A stretch of 40,989 nt of DNA from positions 1 through 40,989 of the IMG/VR virus record IMGVR_UViG_3300042542_000879, one strand, 5' to 3'. The notes under the pieces are model-generated. The model saw only the letters and a program-made list of their open reading frames with translations. It searched no databases and had not been told where the DNA came from. Below, one piece after another: positions 16,998 through 25,237 of the stretch. This DNA comes from a virus (Duplodnaviria > Caudoviricetes). The translations under genes and the position numbers were made by a program. Each line of letters opens with the position of its first letter. Positions within the stretch are counted from its first letter, which is position 1.

Positions 16998-17112
16998 CCT
17001 CCTACGACAACTAGCAGCAGAACTCTATCGGGTTTTGGATTGGCATGAGGGAAGCGTTGGAGGCCGTAAGGCGTAGACCGCAGTCCACCAATCCTACGAC
17101 GTTCTTATCTGT

Positions 17113-17193
17113 TGTGAAGTTGCGCAAAGAAGATGCAAGCGCATATGGGGGAATTGCCTTTGTTGCCCGTGGGTTCAAGTCCTGCGGCTTACA
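17113..17193 (+). pseudogene. Degenerate tRNA-like cloverleaf
   Basis: T-arm GTGGG-TTCAAGT-CCTGC, D-like stem GCGC..GCGC and a GU-rich anticodon-like arm. The acceptor stem is imperfect and there is no CCA. Confidence 0.3.
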
Positions 17194-17413
17194 GTGAAGG
17201 TTCGAGCGGCCATGCTAGACACAACTAAGTTGTGCAAAGTGCTCGATGCTGATTGGACTTAGTAGAAGATCAGCCCACAAGATACTCAGCCAGTGGCTCC
17301 GAGAATGTGGAAGTATGCCAAAGGGAGAACGCCTCTCCCCTAGGCAGAACCATGTCCACAGAGCCTAGCAGTCCACCAAGAATGTAGCACCTACATTTAT
17401 TTTTATATACCTG

Positions 17414-17441
17414 TTGACGGCGCACTTTTTTGCAGTAATAT
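17414..17441 (+). promoter_or_regulatory. sigma70-like promoter
   Basis: TTGACG-16 nt-TAATAT upstream of an AAAGGAG SD and ATG 17468. Confidence 0.55.
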
Positions 17442-17467
17442 ACACATCCCAACTTAAAGGAGATGTG

Positions 17468-17707
17468 ATGAGATACATATTTACGAGAGCTGATGTAGAA
17501 CTTGACTGTACGCTGGATTACTTGCCGGCTGAGGTAGGTTCTACTGAGAACGGATTAAAGATTGAGCCAGACTATCCTGAGGCGATGGAGCTGGTGTCTG
17601 CTACGCATAGAGACATAGAGATGATTGGATTCCTGGCCGACTATGTTGTGCGTGATATCCAGAATGAAGCACTGGCATTATTTAAACAAGATATGAGACG
17701 TCAATGA
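17468..17707 (+). CDS. Hypothetical protein
   Basis: A strong SD (AAAGGAG) before ATG 17468 (MRYIFT) and an ATGA overlap with the next gene. Confidence 0.75.
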   Translation: MRYIFTRADVELDCTLDYLPAEVGSTENGLKIEPDYPEAMELVSATHRDIEMIGFLADYVVRDIQNEALALFKQDMRRQ

Positions 17708-18003
17708 ACTGTACGCAACAGATTAGAGCATTGCTCAGAGAGCATAGTGATGGAATGACGTTAGAGCAGATTGTGTGGGCCGTAAAGCGTGATAAGGCAA
17801 ATGTAAAAAAGAATGTGCGCGCTATGCCTGATGCCTACATTGATAGATGGGAAGCTGTTCCTAGAAAACAGTATGCAGCTGTGTGGTGCGTGGTTGTACC
17901 ACCAGAAGATTGTCCTAAACCGGAGAGCGTAGATGACATGGCCATTTCCAGTATTTCCAAACCCAAAAGACAAAGGTACGCAAGTGCCCAAGTTCAACCC
18001 TGA
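17704..18003 (+). CDS. Putative winged-helix DNA-binding protein
   Basis: IRALLREHSDGMTLEQI...MPDAYIDRW...AVWCVV; the N-terminus is HTH-like. Confidence 0.55.
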   Translation: MNCTQQIRALLREHSDGMTLEQIVWAVKRDKANVKKNVRAMPDAYIDRWEAVPRKQYAAVWCVVVPPEDCPKPESVDDMAISSISKPKRQRYASAQVQP

Positions 18004-18024
18004 TAACCATCAAGAAAGTCCACT

Positions 18025-18270
18025 ATGAATGAAGATAGAAACCAAATTGCTGATGCAATTATTAAAGCCGCCTGTTATTTAGGCAATGGTGATGCCGCCA
18101 GTTCTATGGGTGCTATTGAACACCTTGGCGTTGTGCATAAAGAGGGCATGCAAGAAATTGCAGAAGCACATAGAGAAGGTTTAGAGAGCATTGCAGATGC
18201 ACTCAATAACATTTCCGTATCGATTGATGGCTTGGTTAGAGCCATGGAGAAAAGCAATGACACAAGATGA
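18025..18270 (+). CDS. Hypothetical helical protein
   Basis: LGNGDAASSMGAIE motif followed by IAEA/IADA repeats. Confidence 0.65.
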   Translation: MNEDRNQIADAIIKAACYLGNGDAASSMGAIEHLGVVHKEGMQEIAEAHREGLESIADALNNISVSIDGLVRAMEKSNDTR

Positions 18271-18532
18271 AATCATTGAACTGGCTAAACAGTCTGGGTT
18301 CTATGTCAAAGATGATGAAGCCTATAGCCCGTCCACTCAGGAAGACCATGAGTTAACCGAACACCTTGGACGTTTTTCCAAGTTAGTCCTGCAGCATTAC
18401 CGCAAGGCTACGCTTGACACCATCGATGCTTTATTTGATTCAGAGGATCCTAATCCAATGTATCAAATTGCCTATAACCATGCGCTGATCCATATGCAAG
18501 AGTTCATTATTAGCATGGAGAAGAACGCATGA
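18257..18532 (+). CDS. Hypothetical protein
   Basis: MTQDEIIELAKQSG start with a GGAG SD, coupled to its neighbours. Confidence 0.65.
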   Translation: MTQDEIIELAKQSGFYVKDDEAYSPSTQEDHELTEHLGRFSKLVLQHYRKATLDTIDALFDSEDPNPMYQIAYNHALIHMQEFIISMEKNA

Positions 18533-18855
18533 AACCAATTCAATTTGAGATAGATGAGATACCGCAGGCGGGCACGATTGACGCGGAGGGTAATTTCAAG
18601 TTTTACATATACGCATCAAACCAAATTGACGAAGACTTCTCGGAGGTTATTGAAACTTTGAAAGTTCTTTGGGATTTAGAAACAGACGTATCCCTCAAGG
18701 TGCAGATTAAACTTAAAGATATTTACGAGAACTTGTACGACATGTACAACGCCCAAGGAAAGATTCAGGAGGAAGACACGCCACTGTTTGAAGCTTTGCG
18801 TAAAGATTGCCAGTGGATAGTTGACCAAATAAATTCTTTGGAGATGAACACATGA
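18529..18855 (+). CDS. Hypothetical acidic protein
   Basis: ATGA overlaps on both sides and a GGAG SD. Confidence 0.7.
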   Translation: MKPIQFEIDEIPQAGTIDAEGNFKFYIYASNQIDEDFSEVIETLKVLWDLETDVSLKVQIKLKDIYENLYDMYNAQGKIQEEDTPLFEALRKDCQWIVDQINSLEMNT

Positions 18856-19079
18856 GGGGCACTGGAAACAGAAGCGTTGTTGCTGAAAACCTTTCGGCTT
18901 CTTTTGCAAAAAGAGATCACGAAAAGTGGATGCGTAAACAATGGAAGATGTGTTGGAAATGCCAGAAAGATAAGCCTCAAATTGGCGGCTATCTTAGGTT
19001 CTCTGCAGGACTACACAAGTTTATTTGCAAGGACTGCATGGATGCCAAACTAAAGGAAAAGAGCAGTGACGAATCTTGA
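18852..19079 (+). CDS. Small Zn-finger protein
   Basis: CWKC...CKDC, ending in AKLKEK. Confidence 0.65.
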   Translation: MRGTGNRSVVAENLSASFAKRDHEKWMRKQWKMCWKCQKDKPQIGGYLRFSAGLHKFICKDCMDAKLKEKSSDES

Positions 19080-19671
19080 GAAGCTGGAGTACTTGCGTTC
19101 AGAGATTGACCACAGGGGAATTTACAGGGTGCCTCCAAATCGCGCAAACATTCCTGCGAAAACCCCGAACATGAGTTATAGGTGGCAGTTCTATTTGCGC
19201 AGATGCTTATTCGATCCAAAGTTTTTGTTAACTGCGGGCGATTTACTGGTGCAAGGTCTGCCGGATAAAAACGTGCAGATCGTTGCCTGTGAGGATGCCG
19301 GTGTTCCGCTTGGGCTTGCGATGTCAGCTTTACTTGGTGAGCCTATGTTGTCGGTTAAGAAATCACGCAAGGTATACGGCCTGATGAATTTTACCGAAGG
19401 CAGGGTGACTGGCAAGCCGTTGCTTTTGGTGGACGATCTAGCAGCATCACAAGGCACATTAAAAATTGCCGCGAGAACTTTGCATGCATTTGGTCTTCCA
19501 ACTGCGGAGCATTATGTAGCAATGGTGGAAAAGACCCAGTATGGGCATGCAGAAAATTATTTGGGTTACAAGCAGCTCATTAGTTTATTCACGTGCGAAG
19601 ACTTTGCATTATCGTGGGAAGACTACGTCAACAAATACAACAGAGAGCCTGATTTTGGGCGTTTTTATTAG
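19066..19671 (+). CDS. Type I phosphoribosyltransferase (orotate PRTase/PyrE-like)
   Basis: IVACEDAGVPLG, SVKKSRKVYG and the PRPP-binding loop LLLVDDLAASQGT. GTG start after AAAGGA. Confidence 0.75.
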   Translation: MTNLEKLEYLRSEIDHRGIYRVPPNRANIPAKTPNMSYRWQFYLRRCLFDPKFLLTAGDLLVQGLPDKNVQIVACEDAGVPLGLAMSALLGEPMLSVKKSRKVYGLMNFTEGRVTGKPLLLVDDLAASQGTLKIAARTLHAFGLPTAEHYVAMVEKTQYGHAENYLGYKQLISLFTCEDFALSWEDYVNKYNREPDFGRFY

Positions 19672-19679
19672 GAGCAACT

Positions 19680-19847
19680 ATGGATGACGATGACATTCAA
19701 GAATACGTTCGCCCTTGGAAAGGATTGACAAACGAGGATCAATCTTTTGTGTACGACCAAGTAAAACAGATTGTGGGCGGCAAACCATTTTGGGTGAAGT
19801 TTGCAGATGCTATTGAAGCCAAACTCAAGGAGAAAAATCATGGCTAA
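19680..19847 (+). CDS. Small hypothetical protein (55 aa, not in ORF track)
   Basis: AGGAG SD; reads MDDDDIQEYVRPWKGLTNE...AIEAKLKEKNHG. Confidence 0.7.
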   Translation: MDDDDIQEYVRPWKGLTNEDQSFVYDQVKQIVGGKPFWVKFADAIEAKLKEKNHG

Positions 19848-20091
19848 CGAACCAGTAGCATGGCATTACCCAGACGGCAAGCCAGACCAATGCACAATAA
19901 ACAAAGAGTATGCAGAGAAAGAACCTGCTTGGACACCGATGTACTACAAGCATGAGTGGGTAGGGCTGACGGATGAGGAGATTTGGGGCGTAATTGATCG
20001 AACTGGAACATCAAACTCAGATGTCAACCCATATCAAATAATTAAAAACGCTCGTGCCATTGAAGCCAAGCTTAAGGAGAAGAATACATGA
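19840..20091 (+). CDS. Hypothetical protein
   Basis: MANEPVAW...WVGLTDEEI...AIEAKLKEKNT with an AAGGAG SD. Confidence 0.75.
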   Translation: MANEPVAWHYPDGKPDQCTINKEYAEKEPAWTPMYYKHEWVGLTDEEIWGVIDRTGTSNSDVNPYQIIKNARAIEAKLKEKNT

Positions 20092-20288
20092 GCGAAGCAG
20101 AACTTAACATTTGGGAGAAGGCTTTGGGCTGGCGCAAAAGGCAGATGATCCAACGTCAGCTTGATCCCATCACCAACAAGATCCGCAACGATACCTTAGA
20201 AGAGGTGGCTAAAGAGTTTGAGGCCATGAAGAATGGCGGAGACACAACGGCAAGCTTTGCGGCCTATGTGAGGATGATGAAAAGATGA
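20088..20288 (+). CDS. Hypothetical protein
   Basis: ATGA overlap and AAGGAG SD. Confidence 0.7.
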   Translation: MSEAELNIWEKALGWRKRQMIQRQLDPITNKIRNDTLEEVAKEFEAMKNGGDTTASFAAYVRMMKR

Positions 20289-20296
20289 TTGGTAGT

Positions 20297-20324
20297 TTGC
20301 AAACGAAGTAATACTATGTATAAT
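20297..20324 (+). promoter_or_regulatory. sigma70-like promoter for the replication genes
   Basis: TTGCAA-16 nt-TATAAT in an AT-rich intergenic gap. Confidence 0.65.
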
Positions 20325-20353
20325 TAGTTGCACCTATTTACAAAGGAGAGAAG

Positions 20354-20524
20354 ATGAACGATACAGAACGCCGGTTTCCACGCACTATGCAGGAAGCATT
20401 TCCCAAGGACTATTTCGAATGGATGGAGGGTCCGAACAAGTTTGAGGTTGACACTGACATCATATTGATTCCGTGGATCACATTTGCGGTGGGCATATTA
20501 GTGGGCTTAGCTTTATGTCGCTAA
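20354..20524 (+). CDS. Small membrane protein (56 aa, not in ORF track)
   Basis: AAAGGAG SD; MNDTERRFPRTMQEAFP followed by a hydrophobic C-terminal segment IILIPWITFAVGILVGLAL. Confidence 0.7.
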   Translation: MNDTERRFPRTMQEAFPKDYFEWMEGPNKFEVDTDIILIPWITFAVGILVGLALCR

Positions 20525-20688
20525 AGCCAAAGAACCAAGTTGAAGAGATACGCCAAAGATTCGAAGAGATATTGGCGCTGCGAGGCCTAAGTTATGAGTG
20601 GGGCACGACCCGCTATAAGTCATCCAACATACAAACCAAGTGGAGATATTTCTATCTTGGCTACATATCTAACAAGGAAAATAAATGA
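20515..20688 (+). CDS. Hypothetical protein
   Basis: Start likely MSLKPK (20515), overlapping the previous stop; ATGA overlap downstream. Confidence 0.6.
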   Translation: MSLKPKNQVEEIRQRFEEILALRGLSYEWGTTRYKSSNIQTKWRYFYLGYISNKENK

Positions 20689-21515
20689 ATTACGACCCAA
20701 CAAAAATAATATTTACGCTGAAGACTTTACCGATTGATGCAATCAACATCACTGGCGGTACACAATCACGCCTCAGTATCAAAGAGGATTACGTAGAAGA
20801 AATCTACGAGAAGATGAAGGATGGCGTGGAGTATGAGCCTGTCAAAGCATTCTTTGACGGCAAAGAGTATTGGTTAGGTGATGGCTTTCACCGCTACCAT
20901 GCCACTCGCAAGAATGGTAAGGCCTCAATTAAGTGTTATGTTACCAATGGATTGTTACGTGAAGCCATCCTGTACAGCAAGATCGCAAACAATCTGCATG
21001 GTTTACAACCTACTTTGCAAGACAAGATTCACAATGCCAAAGAATTAATTGGTGACTTTGAGTGGGGTGAGTGGAGCAACCGAGAGATTGGCCGCATCTG
21101 TGATTTATCCCATGTGACCATAGCAAAATTGCGTATTGGCAAGGTGCCTGAGAAGGTCAAGTTCTTGGATAAAGATGGCGAAGTCAAGACCCGTGTGACC
21201 AAGCCGGAGAAGCCAGTCAAAACATTTGACGTTGCTACACCTGCTACTCCTGCTACACCTGTGGATGACGGCAAGCAACAGGAAGCTATCGACTTCTTGG
21301 TTCAAGAGAATGAGAAGCTATCAGACCAGTTGGCCGTTAAAGGTTCAGCAGATCCTGATCTTGCCGGCAGAATAATTGCCGAGCTTCGAGATGAGGTCTG
21401 GCAACTAACGATTGAGCTGAACTCTGTAAAGATTAGCCGTGATCAATTCCAAGCAGAGAACGCTCAGCTTAAAAAGCAAGTGACCTATTTGCAGAAGCAA
21501 TTGAAAGCCAAGTAA
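20685..21515 (+). CDS. ParB/Srx N-terminal domain protein with HTH and C-terminal coiled coil
   Basis: TQSRLSI...YWLGDGFHRYHA (ParB-N), WSNREIGRICDLSHVTI (HTH) and a heptad-repeat tail. Confidence 0.75.
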   Translation: MNYDPTKIIFTLKTLPIDAINITGGTQSRLSIKEDYVEEIYEKMKDGVEYEPVKAFFDGKEYWLGDGFHRYHATRKNGKASIKCYVTNGLLREAILYSKIANNLHGLQPTLQDKIHNAKELIGDFEWGEWSNREIGRICDLSHVTIAKLRIGKVPEKVKFLDKDGEVKTRVTKPEKPVKTFDVATPATPATPVDDGKQQEAIDFLVQENEKLSDQLAVKGSADPDLAGRIIAELRDEVWQLTIELNSVKISRDQFQAENAQLKKQVTYLQKQLKAK

Positions 21516-21561
21516 TCCATAGCCCAAGCTGGGGGGCTTGTGTCCCAGTAGAGGAATTCCT

Positions 21562-23049
21562 ATGTCACTAATACTCAGGGACTACCAGTCCCATATCTTG
21601 AATAGTCTTCGCAAAGGATTTGCAGCAGGACTACGTAGTCAAATACTTTACGCACCCACGGGCGCAGGCAAAACAGAGATGGCCATCGAGCTATTGCGCG
21701 CCACAAAAGAGAAGGGCAACAAGGCGGCAATGATCTTGGATCGTATTGTTCTATGTGATCAAACGAGTCAACGTCTTGAGAAGTACAGCATCGAGCATGG
21801 CGTATTGCAGTCAGGTCATTGGAGGTTTAGACCCTATGAAAACATCCAAGTCTGCTCTGCTCAGACGCTAGAAAAGCGTGGTGATTTTCCTGGTCTTCAG
21901 CTTCTGATCGTGGATGAATGCCATCAGACCCGAGAGCAAACAGTTGAGTTTATTAAGAACAATCCTGACGTTAAGGTCATAGGCCTGACCGCCACTCCTT
22001 TCACCAAAGGGCTGGGTCGGGTCTATGATCATGTAGTCTCCTCAGTCACAACGAAACATTTGGTGGATCAGGGTGTGCTTGTGCCGCTCAAGGTGTTCGT
22101 TGCCAAAGAGATTGACATGACTGGCGCAAAGAAAGTAGCCGGCGAATGGTCACAGGGTGAAGCTACCAAGCGTGGCATGCAGATCACAGGCGACATCGTT
22201 ACAGAGTGGATCAAGCTTACACATCAGATCTTTAATCGTCCACGCAAGACGATTGTGTTTTGCTCAGGCGTAAACCATGGCACCGATCTCATGCGTAAGT
22301 TTGCAGAGCAGGGCTATAACTTTATCTCGATCAGCTACAAAGATGATGATGAGTTTAAGAAGCAGGTCATTGAAGACTTCGCCAAGCCTGATACAGAAAT
22401 CCATGGCTTGATTGCCACAGATATCTTAACCAAAGGCTTTGATGTGCCCGATGTAATGATCGGCGTATCAGCCCGCCCATTCAGCAAGTCTTTGTCTTCT
22501 CACATTCAGCAGATGGGTCGTGTGATGCGAAGCAATCAGGCAAACCCAGACGACAAGCCGTATGCCGTTTGGCTTGATCACTCGGGTAACTACCTTCGCT
22601 TTCGTGAAGACTGGGAGGATGTCTATGAGAACGGCGTCCACTCATTAGATGACGGCAAAGAGAAGGCAAAGAAAGAACCAACAGAGAAGGAAAAGCAGGA
22701 GGCTAAGTGTCCCAAGTGTCAGGCCTATATGCCTCGGCATGCAGAGTCCTGCTCGCATTGCGGCTTTGTTAAAGAGAGAAAGAATGTTTTGTCTGTGCTT
22801 CCAGGAGAAATGGAAGAGCTAGCGATGATGTCGCGCGCCAACAAGCAGGTGTGGTGGTCACAACTCCAATGGTTTGTAGCTAGCGAAGGCAAGTCCCCAG
22901 GTTGGGCGGCTCATACTTACAAAGATAAGTTTGGTGTTTGGCCTGTTAATCTGAGCGACAACATCAGTATCCCAAGCATGGAAGTAACTAAGTTTGTCGA
23001 AGCAAAGAAGCGGGCTTACATTCGGGCGATCAAGAGAGGTAAGCGTTAA
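21562..23049 (+). CDS. Superfamily 2 DNA helicase with C-terminal Zn ribbon
   Basis: APTGAGKT (Walker A), IVDECH, GLTATP, KGFDVPD, QQMGRVMR and CPKC..CSHC. The ATG at 21562 follows GAGGA. Confidence 0.92.
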   Translation: MSLILRDYQSHILNSLRKGFAAGLRSQILYAPTGAGKTEMAIELLRATKEKGNKAAMILDRIVLCDQTSQRLEKYSIEHGVLQSGHWRFRPYENIQVCSAQTLEKRGDFPGLQLLIVDECHQTREQTVEFIKNNPDVKVIGLTATPFTKGLGRVYDHVVSSVTTKHLVDQGVLVPLKVFVAKEIDMTGAKKVAGEWSQGEATKRGMQITGDIVTEWIKLTHQIFNRPRKTIVFCSGVNHGTDLMRKFAEQGYNFISISYKDDDEFKKQVIEDFAKPDTEIHGLIATDILTKGFDVPDVMIGVSARPFSKSLSSHIQQMGRVMRSNQANPDDKPYAVWLDHSGNYLRFREDWEDVYENGVHSLDDGKEKAKKEPTEKEKQEAKCPKCQAYMPRHAESCSHCGFVKERKNVLSVLPGEMEELAMMSRANKQVWWSQLQWFVASEGKSPGWAAHTYKDKFGVWPVNLSDNISIPSMEVTKFVEAKKRAYIRAIKRGKR

Positions 23050-23885
23050 TGGACTTCCTAAATTTCTGTGCAGCACACGGCATCCTCCTCGATCATTACC
23101 CGCCAGTCGGGGTGTGGAAAAGATATCCAACTGAAGACAAGCCACGCAAAAGAAATGGTGCGGTTAAGTTCATGGGCGACCATGGCTTTGTCCAGAACCA
23201 TGCTACCGATGTGGAAGTATCAGTATGGAAGAGCGATGGTAACAATACTAACTCAGACAAGTTCGTTAAGCTTGCTCGCAAGGCAGATGATGATCGCCTC
23301 CTCATGCAAAGAGATGCGGCTAACAAAGCCGCGGTCATGCTCAAGCAGTCCGGCTATGGGCGCCATCCATATCTAAAGGCTAAAGGTTTTGAGGAAGAGG
23401 AGGGGAATATCTATGTCCTCGATGGCCTCCACTATTTACTAATCCCAATGCGTGTCGATGGTAGATTGGTGGGTTGTCAGGTCATCGATGAAGCCGGTGG
23501 CAAGAAGTTTTTGTTCGGGCAGCGCACCTCAAATGCAGAGTTTTGCTTCGATAACAAGGGCTTGCACATTCTGTGCGAGGGCTATGCTACGGCCTTGTCT
23601 GTGCGTCATGTCCTAAAGTCCTATAAGCGCAGGTACAACATTCATGTTTGCTTCAGTGCAGGTAATTTGAAGAAGGTCGCCTCCACACTGGAGAGTGGGT
23701 TCGTTGTGGCGGACAATGATGAGAGCGGGACTGGGGAGAGAGTAGCCAAAGAAATTGGTTGGCCATACTGGATGAGCGATGTCGTTGGCGAGGACTTTAA
23801 CGATACTCATTTGAGAGTGGGACTGTTTCGTGCGGGACAGTCCCTCATAAAAGCAATGGGCACTAGCGTAACCTTGCTTCGATGA
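23049..23885 (+). CDS. Toprim-domain DNA primase
   Basis: HPYLKAKG, LLIPMR, ILCEGYATALS, FSAGNL, VVADND and DFND. Confidence 0.85.
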   Translation: MDFLNFCAAHGILLDHYPPVGVWKRYPTEDKPRKRNGAVKFMGDHGFVQNHATDVEVSVWKSDGNNTNSDKFVKLARKADDDRLLMQRDAANKAAVMLKQSGYGRHPYLKAKGFEEEEGNIYVLDGLHYLLIPMRVDGRLVGCQVIDEAGGKKFLFGQRTSNAEFCFDNKGLHILCEGYATALSVRHVLKSYKRRYNIHVCFSAGNLKKVASTLESGFVVADNDESGTGERVAKEIGWPYWMSDVVGEDFNDTHLRVGLFRAGQSLIKAMGTSVTLLR

Positions 23886-23997
23886 TGTGCCAGTTGCGAA
23901 GCCCCCACTCTAGGGCTTCAGCTTCGGCTTTTTCTCGAGTGGAGTAGGCGGCAATTATGTCAACCTCCTCCATCAGAATGTAAATGTATTGTGTCAT
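23863..23997 (-). CDS. Small hypothetical protein (44 aa, not in ORF track)
   Basis: GAGGAGG SD and ATGA overlap with the MTase; reads MTQYIYILMEEVDIIAAYSTREKAE. Confidence 0.6.
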   Translation of the reverse strand: MTQYIYILMEEVDIIAAYSTREKAEAEALEWGLRNWHIIEARLR

Positions 23998-24620
23998 GCC
24001 GCCTCCTCTAGTAACTGTAATTGACCGATCTTATTGAATGCATTTTCCAAGATGTGCTTGCCAACATAAGGGTTGACGCAATTGCGTAAGGCCTGTCGCT
24101 TGTTGGGTATCTTGCTCTTTGCGACCTCCTCATGTCCTGCAAAGTCGGATATCTTATTTTTATTCCTGATGTCAGACTTCTCAAAATCTTTGGGTGGGAC
24201 GTGGAAGTTTGACCAAAACAAATGGCGTTGCATCTCAAAGCTTGGCTTGATCAACGGCTCATAGTACGGCACCACATTTTCCACAATCCACTTGCCATTT
24301 GCGTAGTGCTGCAGGAATATGATCTGTGAGTAAAGGCTCATGTCCGGCATGACTGGCGCAAAACCTTTGCCCCTCACACCCACATTGTGGCGGTATTGTC
24401 CATGGCTTGGGCATGGTGGGCTTGCCCATATGAAATCAAAGTCAGCATAGTGCGCCTCCAAATACTGGACGGCATCCCCAACAATGACCTTATCATTTGG
24501 GTAGCGCGCGGCGTAGACCTTGGCTATCTCAGGACAGAACTCCACCGCCGTTACTTGGTGATCGCCTCCCCATAAGGTGCGGTTACCACCAATGCCGGCG
24601 TACAGGTTTAATATCTTCAT
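23994..24620 (-). CDS. DNA cytosine-C5 methyltransferase (compact)
   Basis: MKILNLYAGIGG (motif I), WASPPC (motif IV), IVENV (motif VI) and RHLFWSN. Confidence 0.85.
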   Translation of the reverse strand: MKILNLYAGIGGNRTLWGGDHQVTAVEFCPEIAKVYAARYPNDKVIVGDAVQYLEAHYADFDFIWASPPCPSHGQYRHNVGVRGKGFAPVMPDMSLYSQIIFLQHYANGKWIVENVVPYYEPLIKPSFEMQRHLFWSNFHVPPKDFEKSDIRNKNKISDFAGHEEVAKSKIPNKRQALRNCVNPYVGKHILENAFNKIGQLQLLEEAA

Positions 24621-25237
24621 GCCAAGCCTCCCCATTGTTCTACCATGGCATTGGCAATGCCTTGGTAAGTTGCACTTCTAATCTTCCATCGATCTGCGCT
24701 AGGCGGCAGACTGTCATGGCCGTAGTTGTCGCACTGGTTTGCCCATCTATTGGCTTTCTTTCCACTGGGTGTGGTCACAATGCGGGGCTCAATAAATTTG
24801 GTGGGTTGTAAAGGCGGCAGGTTTTTTAGCCAGAGACAGGTTTGCTTGCTCGCATCATGTCCATATTGATAGGGCTGAATGATTTGGTTTGGCTTGCGTA
24901 TGCGGGTGGATATCACGCCGATTGGATTCTCAAGACAGATCTTTGGAATGTCGGCGCCAAGCAAAGCCTCCACAAATTTAAGTGCCTCCTCGGTTTGGGC
25001 GGCTCTCTCGGGTCGCTTATTGTTCCAGTGAATGCCGGACACGCACAGGTAAGTGCATGGTGGATGGGCAATCAAAAGATCCCAGTCTTGCGCCAGGATT
25101 TCTATCACATCCCCTTGGAAATGCTTTCCATGCGGGGATTCGGACGGCAGTAGATCGCAGGATGTGGCATCGTGTCCGGCCTTGGTAAAGGCATCACGCA
25201 CCACACCTGAGTACTCACAGGCGACTAGCACCTTCAT
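24617..25237 (-). CDS. DNA cytosine methyltransferase-like protein
   Basis: MKVLVACEYSG, IAHPPCTYL, CLENP, QPYQYGH, KQTCLWLKNLP and RSATYQGIA. Start moved to 25237 because of the ATGA overlap. Confidence 0.8.
   Translation of the reverse strand: MKVLVACEYSGVVRDAFTKAGHDATSCDLLPSESPHGKHFQGDVIEILAQDWDLLIAHPPCTYLCVSGIHWNNKRPERAAQTEEALKFVEALLGADIPKICLENPIGVISTRIRKPNQIIQPYQYGHDASKQTCLWLKNLPPLQPTKFIEPRIVTTPSGKKANRWANQCDNYGHDSLPPSADRWKIRSATYQGIANAMVEQWGGLA

Noticed and set aside
16913-17100. Hammerhead or pistol ribozyme
   Set aside because: No CUGAUGA/GAAA core in the right arrangement. The GTTAGCG hairpin only superficially resembles pistol P1.
17113-17193. Functional tRNA gene
   Set aside because: The acceptor stem is bulged, D-loop GG and CCA are missing and the anticodon loop is non-canonical. 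Kept only as tRNA-like.
17270-17452. 60-aa minus-strand ORF in the non-coding block
   Set aside because: It is antisense to the operon, overlaps a promoter, and has no SD or protein-like features.
21521-21550. Terminator between the ParB-like gene and the helicase
   Set aside because: A GC hairpin (CTGGG...CCCAG) is present but has no U-tract, and its function is unclear.
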